Below, one piece after another: positions 56,822-64,000 of a stretch of 64,000 nt of DNA. This stretch comes from Paramoeba atlantica. Lineage: Eukaryota; Protista; Discosea. The first letter of the stretch is position 1; each line of letters starts with the position of its first letter. The position numbers and the translations under genes are program-made. The stretch is taken from positions 62,001 through 126,000 of the forward strand of contig CDRNVI010000030.1 of the NCBI GenBank assembly GCA_977017575.1, in the 5' to 3' direction. The notes below the pieces were generated by a model, which ran no database searches, was not told the origin of the DNA, and saw only the letters and a list, made by a program, of their open reading frames with translations.

Positions 56822-58660
56822 ATTGAATGAAGGGAACGATGAAGGGGATGATGGAGGGGATAACGAGCTCCGACTCGTGCTTCTCAATTTTGACCGTAGA
56901 ACTTCACGCAAAACCATTAGCCTCAAAGCAGAACAGAAAAACGATTGAAGTTGCGCTTCTAATTTCATCCATTTTTCACTTTGTTTAGAAAGGCGACAGA
57001 TACCTAGGGGGGGTGGTCGACGAAAAAAAATCTTCGAAGGACCGAAAAGCGACAGATAACTAGGGGTGGGGGTGGGGGGGGAGAGATAACTGGGGGGGTA
57101 CAGTAGTTATTTGGCGATGCATGTATCGTCATCACCTACGTGCAGTATGCACGTATAAAAAGACGAATTCACGCCATTTTTATCTCAATCTCCTTCACAT
57201 GTCGAACGACTCTGTGTTGAACGCACTCAGCCTAATTGAACATGGAAGCGCTCCTGCAACCCCCTCGGATCAAAGTAAAAAGCCATTGCAGGAGATTGGC
57301 GCTCTGAAAAACATGAATGTTACACTGCGCCCCATGATTTCATGATTTTCGAATCCCCTAGCATTCCAGATGGAGCAATTGTCACGCTGCGGGACGAACT
57401 CGCCAGTCTTTCACTACTTCCCGCTACCAAATGCGACCAGAAATTGTTATAATAATATTATACAATTTCTTAACTATTCATTGGTCAGATAAGTTATAAA
57501 GTATAACCCATATTAAATATAGATTACAATATTAAATAGGAAGATACTACTCCCTCGCTACCGTAGGTTAATTCGTCGTGCCCGATTTCGTGTCCGATTG
57601 TTGGCCCGATTTCGTGCCCAATACCGTTTCAGGTGAGTTTTCGAAAAAAATGATTACAAAGACGTATGAATCGAATTGAGTGACAAGACCACTAGTTTTT
57701 CAACAATTCCGATGGGTCCCACCTGCCCCCCATCCCCACCAGGGTGATCATAGCAATTTCTGAAATTTCGAAAAACAAAAAATTGAAAATTTATGAATGA
57801 ATGTCAATAAATACATTTTTCCCAAATCAACTCCTAGACCTTTTTTTGAGAGTTTGGGGCCTGATATACCTGTATACGCTTTGGTTTCATTCGATATTTC
57901 TTCACCCTTTGCCGGTAATAGACCTACAAAGTCCAAAATTTACCTAGAAGTGTGTGACACGCAAGGCCGTAGAGGAAGGAGGAGGCGCAAGGGAAAAAGG
58001 CAGAAGGCGGAGCCTTTTGCCGCGGCGACGACGACTTCCTCGCGTGGGAAGCTGTAAGGGTCCTAGGGAGCATGTTCCGATGGCTATGTAACCCAGGCTA
58101 AAGCTCGGTTGCGAAGCCCGCCTGGGCCTCTTGTCATACAGAATGCCTGTGTGATTTACTATATAATCCAGGCTAAAGTGGACGAGGGAGATACTAAAGG
58201 CATCTTTGTAAAATCACCTCAATACTGGAACGGTATTTCTCAGTTTGTGGAGCATTCTGATGTGACAAAAGGATCTTTAACGGGTGATACCGTTCCGATT
58301 TCGTGGTGGTTTTCCAAAGGTGCCTTTGGTATCTCCCTCGTCCACTTTAGCCTGGGTTATATAGTAAATCACACAGGCATTCTGTATGACAAGAGGCCCA
58401 GGCGGGCTTCGCAACCGAGCTCGTGCTATACGAGAAGGCTTCACGTTCTACCGCACCTGTAACCCTCGTACTCTTCTCGCACAAGCACTAACAAGAGAAA
58501 CGGTCAAGAAGCGCGAAGAATACTATACAACGACTGGAACTAAAGAGCTCCTGGATATTCACGGTGTTGGAAATTTCGGAACTCCAAGGACGGACTGTTC
58601 AAAAGCAACGCTAATAAGGTGGGGTACCGGGGCAACGCTACGATAGGGGGATATAGTACG

Positions 58661-59684
58661 GGTGGAATTGAACGAAGATGTCATACTTTTTCGAAAATAT
58701 AAAATGCGCTTTTTGTATTTTGTTTTCGTTTCTGTTTCTTGCTAAATACATAGCTTAGAGTCTTTGCTAGTATTTTTGACTTTTTTACGCTCTCAGCTAC
58801 TGGTGCAATCATGATGAATGACTTTGATGGTGGGTTTTGCTGCGGATGCCATAAGATGAAATGTTCCGCACGTCTTCCATTAAGTGAGGTGGGGCAATGG
58901 GATGACTTCGCTCTGAATTGCCTTCACTGGCTTAAAGGGCACCATCTTGTATCCCAACTTGTGAAGTGTGAGCGGGGCCACTCATTAACGACATGTGTTG
59001 TTCAGAATGGTCAGTGGCAGTGCCCCGTACGAACTTGTCGGGCCCGTTATTCCTTGGAATCCCCCCTTCTTCCTTCCAGGTCTAAGATCACACCAAAGCA
59101 ACTAGTCATCACATTGATCTGCTACTCGCGTTCAATGTAGGGGAAGAACATGTCCGAAGAATGTTTGTTTTCTGAGAGGACAGCGTGCAAATTCCGACAG
59201 AGTATGGACCGCATCATGGGCCCATCAATATCGACGCCTGGAGGTAAATGGTGACTATATGCAGGTTGATGAGACTTTTTTCTCCAAGATTAAAGTCGGA
59301 GGCCCGAATCGAAACCGAAGAGTGCGTCAGGCCGATAGCGAGGTTGCTCAAACCTTGTGTGACACAACAAGGGGTGGAAAACTTCGTGAAATCTATGTGA
59401 CTCCAGTGCCAGACAAAAAAGGCTCAACTCTGGTACCCCTCGTTGAGGAACTGGCTCGCGAGCCCCGTACGAGGATATGGACAGACGGGGCGACGCACAA
59501 CGCTCCTGGATTCGACGGGAAGTACCTTTGGAGTGAAGTTATTCACCGAAATGAATGGATAATTGAAGGGGTGCATACTAATATTGTTGAGGGGGCGAAT
59601 TCGATGCTAAAGAAAAGGTTAATGTGTGAGTGGGGTAGTTTGGGTAGGTCAAGTCTTCAAGAAAGGCACGACTCCGAGCCATAA
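58661..59684 (+). mobile_element. Merlin/IS1595-like element: left TIR plus nearly complete transposase (one stop, one frameshift)
   Basis: GGTGGAATTGAACGAAG terminus. Zn-ribbon-like CERGH...WQCPVRTC; MQVDETFF, IWTDG, GVHTNIVEG. tctcAG acceptor-like site before ATG 58811. Confidence 0.85.
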
Positions 59685-60290
59685 CTGAGACGTGTAATTG
59701 TTCCTTACGGGTTCAAGATTAGTAATTGTTCCTTAAGGGTTCTTTTGCGTAAAAATCTTTCTCTTTCTCCTGTTTTTATTAAATCCCTCGCACACTTATT
59801 AATAATATAATACGGTGTACGGTAATCCGTTTTTTTCTATTCAGGAAAAACACATACTTAGATTTTCATACAAAAATAAACATAGTTTATACAACTATAC
59901 AAAATACAATTATACGAAATAAACATAGTTCGTAATAGAAATACACATAATTAGTTAATAACTATTATACAATAATAACTGTTATACTAATACCGTAATT
60001 AAGTAAAATTCCTAAGTATTGCAAGACAATTAGAAGAAGGCGGAAACATTAAATTTTTCAAATACCTATATCAATCAATATCAGCCCAATGCCTAACCAA
60101 CTACAAACAGGTGAGTACGAAACCTTTCTTTTGTTGTGCGTGTCATATGAGCGAAATCAGTTACACGTTGAATAGCTCCCTGATCCAGACCTCACGATTC
60201 TCGTCTTTATCGCATACTTCCACGGCTAGCGTGACATCTATCGGGAGAGACATTTTGATCCAAGTTAAAAAGCGACTCAAAAAAAAAAAC

Positions 60291-60492
60291 CAGGCATAAA
60301 GGGGCAAGGGAGATACGAAGCAACAGGTGTAGCAGATTCCTACTGAAAAGAAATCGTATCTCTCTGCACAAGAAATACTTAACTATGCGCTCGCTTGCTT
60401 GGAGTCAACTGCGTGCAGAGAGATACGAATTTTTTTCAGTAGGAATCGGCTAGACCTGTTGCTTCGTATCTCCCTCGCTCCTTTCTGCCTCG
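60291..60492. repeat. Foldback/palindromic element, copy 2
   Basis: 62-bp core arms with 4 mismatches. Same loop sequence as 7964-8178. Confidence 0.85.
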
Positions 60493-60537
60493 ATTCCATA
60501 AACCCGCGAGAGAGTCAGAGAAGGCCTTCAAGGCCTT

Positions 60538-60967
60538 CAGCTGGCCACCCCCTGAAAAAGTGGCCAGCTAACCGCCCACTCATAAAATGGCCAGCATACC
60601 GCCCACCAAGAAAAAGCCAGCCTGCCGCTCCCTGGAAAGGTGGCCTGCTGACCACCTGCTGAAAAAGTGACCAACTGACCACCCCCTGAAAAAGTGGTCA
60701 GGCGATCACCCGCTGAAAAAGTGGCCTGCTAACCACCCCCTGCCACAAAGTGGTTCCGGCTACCCCCTGAAAAAGTGGCCAGATGCTCACTCCTCTAGGG
60801 GGTGGTCAGCCGGCCACGTTTTTAGGATTTGAAGATTTATCTTACACATACGAAATGCGAACGCCTTTTCGGTGGTCAGCTGACCACTCTTTCGTCAGGC
60901 GGCCAGCTGGCCAACTTTTTCAGAAAGTGGCCAGCTCGCCATTTTTTCGAGGGGTGACCAGCTGTCC
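60538..60967. repeat. Degenerate about 27-bp repeat array: about 10 direct units, then about 4 inverted units
   Basis: Consensus CAGCTGACCACCCCCTGAAAAAGTGGC. Confidence 0.85.
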
Positions 60968-61312
60968 ATAAAATATCGTACTTTTTTTTCGTTCATTCGT
61001 TATAGCCCTGGCCACTGAAGCACGTTTAGTTAAGCGAGTTACCACAGTAAGCGAGTTAGATACTTACCGTTTTTGCCGGCAAAAAAACTTAATTAAAGAA
61101 TCCCGTAATAAAATAAAACCGTAATAAAATGTGACCGTAATTTAATGCTGCCCTGTACTTTTCATCCCCCTAATATTGAGCCCACAAGTAATTGTCAAGC
61201 CCCTCCTCCCCGAAATTGTCTGTCCTCTTTTTCCGAAAAGCAATGATGGGTAACGGGGGGCGGTACATAGTAGCGTACGATTTCATTTTTATCATCTAAG
61301 ATACAGATGGAC

Positions 61313-61984
61313 CTAGTCCACCTGGAAGTTGGGAAATGCACTCAATTGACCGTTGCTAGGCGAAATCTTAGTATTAATAACGCTATAACACATGTCTGCG
61401 CGCTCAGCAACATCCAGCGACCCTTGTAGCAACGGATTGTTACCTACAAATAAATTTCTAACCGAAAGAGCAAGAAATTCAAATTTCACCCATCCTACAA
61501 AATTATTTTCGTTCAAGTAAACCTCCTCAAGTGCGGGTAAGTGGCGAAAGGAAGGCGTTCCACTAAAACGGTTGTTCGACAAGTGGATCACCTTCAGTGT
61601 AGCGGGCAATACATCAAAAGGAACATCACCCGTAAGCTGGTTTTTATCCACGTTCAACCATTTTAGCTTCGCAGGTAAGTAATTCCAATTTAAAGTTCCA
61701 CGGAGCCCTCTATTACACCAATAAAGCCGAGAAATTTCACCTGATCGTTTTGATGATGGTTTCGGGCAAATAAGGTCAGCAATGTCTTCAATTTCATCTG
61801 GAGGCGTACAAAACACCTGTTCCCACTCACAAGCCGGAGTAATACTGTTCCATGAAGGATGCAGATTTTCGACGTCTTGCAAAAGTCGTAACAAATCGTA
61901 TTGAGGAGGTAAGGGCACACCAGAAACTTTAGCTGGCTTTCGAATACTGTAGTTCGCGTCCTCCAACAACAAATATGGTAGCAT
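61313..61984 (-). CDS. Stand-alone LRR protein (223 aa, fewer repeats)
   Basis: PAKVSGVPLPPQYDLLRL...SWNSITPACEWEQVFC followed by about 4 LRRs. Confidence 0.88.
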   Translation of the reverse strand: MLPYLLLEDANYSIRKPAKVSGVPLPPQYDLLRLLQDVENLHPSWNSITPACEWEQVFCTPPDEIEDIADLICPKPSSKRSGEISRLYWCNRGLRGTLNWNYLPAKLKWLNVDKNQLTGDVPFDVLPATLKVIHLSNNRFSGTPSFRHLPALEEVYLNENNFVGWVKFEFLALSVRNLFVGNNPLLQGSLDVAERADMCYSVINTKISPSNGQLSAFPNFQVD

Positions 61985-62328
61985 TTCGATAGAAAGTGTA
62001 GCAACGCTTCTACAAAGTATAAGAAACTACAGAAAATAACATGCTGGTCGTATAGACATACCCCTGCCGGGTCGATGGGTAATTACCCATTAGCGGGTCT
62101 GTGCGGGTAAATTACCCGGGTCTGTGACCCAGTTACCCGCACCGACCGGGTCATAAAATATTAAAGGCGCAAAGAACACACCCTGGAGTAAGTGGCTTGT
62201 AAGTTACAATAGCATCTTTGCTTTTGCGTCTGTGTGTTGTATTTCAAAGTCTCTGCATATTCCACCGCATAATTCCTTCCAACACGGTAATTGCATGTGA
62301 TACAATTTACGCAGACTAGGTCGTGTAA

Positions 62329-63578
62329 TCAGTGATATGTATGTTTCCCACAGGCTTTGTATTTCGTGGAGTTGACGAGGCGGAAGATTTGTCGTATTAC
62401 ACAGTTTCTGTCATATGCGATTCCGATTGAACCTCTTTGGTTGAACAATTCGAATATTCCTCCAGCCATCTTCTCCAGTATGGTCCCACGTGGGACTGCT
62501 TCTGAGGCCCCAGATGTACAAGGGCTTCCAGGGTGAACTTCTTCCAGATTCAACACTCCCTTAACTCTTGTTTTGCTTCCCTTGGGCCGGCCGCGTGGGC
62601 GCTTCGGGCCTGGGTTTTCCTCTATACCAGCTCGGATTAATTCAACTTGTAGGGTATGCTTCGTCCAACCAAATTTTCCATTGCGATCGCAAAAGGGAAG
62701 GAGACTACGTAAGAAATCGTCTCAAACTTGAGACGATAGCCTCAAACTGAGCAGGGGTCCATGTTGCCAACTCCTGGCATAGCTCTACTCGATTCCTTTT
62801 GTGCTCCTTTGTGAGTGCAGGGTTTCGGGGGACTGTGCGTGATATGATACCCTCCTTCTTGAGGGAACGTATCAGAGCGCGACGGGAGCACCTGAAACCC
62901 TCTCCTACAAGTAGGTTCAGAAGGTGACCCCAAGAAGCGATACCATAGGTTTCATTCCTTGTTGCTTGATCAATAAGATTGAGTGCTCGCTTCAACAGAG
63001 GGTCAGATATTACAGGAGATTGGCGAGTTTTATAGGGTAAAGTAGCGTACCTGGATAAGTAAGGGGGGGTAACGGTATTACAGGAGATTGGCGAGTTTTA
63101 TAGGGAGACCTATCGACCTCACCAGTCTCTTCTTAACGCTGCACCCAACGCTTGAGTGTCCTCGTGACACCTAAACGTCTTGGCGACAGCTGAAAAAGAA
63201 TTAGTTTCCTCAAATTTTTTAACCAAAAGTATCCTATGAGATGCTTTAAGTTGCCCACGAGGCGAATAACAAAATCTACTCCGTTTCTGCACCTTTTTAT
63301 TATTCGAATATGACCTTTTCTTGGGCATGGTAGTGTATTAGGATCAAAAAAGTCTATAAATTCACAAAAAAAAGTATTTAATTCAAAAAACTGCAGAATT
63401 CTGCACTTTGAAAAATCATGATTTTTTTAATTTTTTAAAAAAATTAAAAAATGCGGGAAACGCATTATCACATGACATGTAACTCTGCGAGAGCTCTCGA
63501 ATGCGCTATTATTTTCCAAAATTGGCCGAGTTATAAGAATTTTGACCCCCCCCCCCCCATATTTCGTGCACCCCCCTG
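62329..63578 (-). mobile_element. Degenerate Tc1/IS630-like element (family B)
   Basis: Terminus TA|CAGGGGGGTGCACGAAATATGG at 63578. N-terminus homologous to 11070. RTVPRNPALTKEHKRNRVELC resembles the Tc1 pre-DDE linker. Confidence 0.75.
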
Positions 63579-63674
63579 TATTTCCAAATACAAGACCTTT
63601 CCGTCGAGATCTTATGGATGTCCCTTGTGCGACTTAGAAAAATGTCCTTTCTAGCATTATCGTTCAATCTTCAT

Positions 63675-63694
63675 CATCTTCGTTCAATCTGACC
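63675..63694. repeat. Isolated Merlin-family right TIR
   Basis: CATCTTCGTTCAATCTGACC, matching the right end of 39587-39987. Confidence 0.6.
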
Positions 63695-64000
63695 CCGTTA
63701 ACGACTTCACCCCCGCGAGGTACAAGTCATTCGTCGTCTCCTCGCTGCTGTTGAACGTTGTGATATCGAGCAAGTCCCTCCTCACTGTCCTTGTTCCTCT
63801 ACGGGACGAACTTGCTGTGCAAAAATTCAGTAACGCGGTACACAATCAGCCTTCGAACTTGAAGGACCACGAATCGACAGAAAGCGCAAAAGTTCTTTGA
63901 GATTTATTTTGAGAAGCATTTCGGTCCGTAATACGCACACGTGATGACCCACGGTGTGGTAAGCTTATACAAGCTTGTCTGAAACCCCCCGTGTTCAGTA

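Noticed and set aside
56990-57105. G-rich tract with G-quadruplex potential and two short direct repeats
   Set aside because: Similar G/C runs occur at many TE ends in this window; there is no evidence of a specific role.
58030-58110. HDV-like ribozyme (TTCCTCGCGTGG loop and downstream GCTAA)
   Set aside because: I could not build convincing P1 and P3 helices by hand; an Infernal or RNArobo search would be needed.
58100-58650. ORFs 58109-58462 and 58386-58646
   Set aside because: No recognisable motif, and no paralog in the window.
1714-59140. Stop-codon reassignment (Blastocrithidia-like code): several single in-frame stops fall where Glu or Trp would fit (28832 TGA/W, 49819 TAG/E, 39276 TAA/E)
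   Set aside because: The 1218-aa importin and other cellular genes have no internal stops and terminate with TGA, TAA and TAG. The observed cases are one-step nonsense mutations in decaying elements, and others align with Ser, Lys or Arg.
60538-60967. CRISPR array
   Set aside because: Units are degenerate and contiguous with no unique spacers, part of the array is inverted, and there are no cas genes.
62060-62155. Cluster of GGGTAATTACCC palindromes
   Set aside because: Probably a small MITE remnant. There is no second copy or TSD in the window to support a call.
58661-63694. A single 5-kb Merlin element carrying the LRR gene at 61313
   Set aside because: The flanks (ATAGTACG versus CCGTTAAC) do not form a TSD. 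The left flank is disturbed by a MITE end, so pairing cannot be supported.

Overview
Eukaryotic DNA, about 43% GC by eye and transposon-saturated. All recognisable cellular genes are intronless and on the minus strand, several with pyrimidine-rich leaders and AG acceptor-like sites. This fits a kinetoplastid/euglenozoan-type polycistronic gene cluster (inference, not verified by search). Cellular genes: importin-5/Kap121, protein phosphatase inhibitor-2, a VHS(-GAT) trafficking protein, a small Cys-rich membrane protein, and ten members of a stand-alone 23-residue-repeat LRR family (eight complete, one cut by the window edge, one pseudogene). Most of the rest is mobile DNA: several Tc1/IS630-like families (DD32E, DD34E, DD35E spacings), pogo-like, hAT-like and Merlin/IS1595-like elements, and a two-gene PIF/Harbinger-ISL2EU-like element. 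There is also a bacterial-type IS30 transposase relic, a tyrosine-recombinase (DIRS/VIPER-like) retrotransposon, restriction-like-endonuclease non-LTR relics, a Pif1 helicase relic, and several MITEs and foldbacks. Most notable: (1) an unnamed partner-protein family found three times upstream of Harbinger-like transposases; (2) the IS30 element with host-style leader and triple subterminal repeats; (3) the YR retrotransposon flanked by 384-bp direct repeats made of another retroelement's coding end; (4) a spliced-leader-like motif in a dispersed repeat; (5) a palindromic motif about 80 bp inside the ends of different Tc1-like families. No rRNA, intact tRNA or CRISPR array was found. Coordinates and alignments were read by eye.
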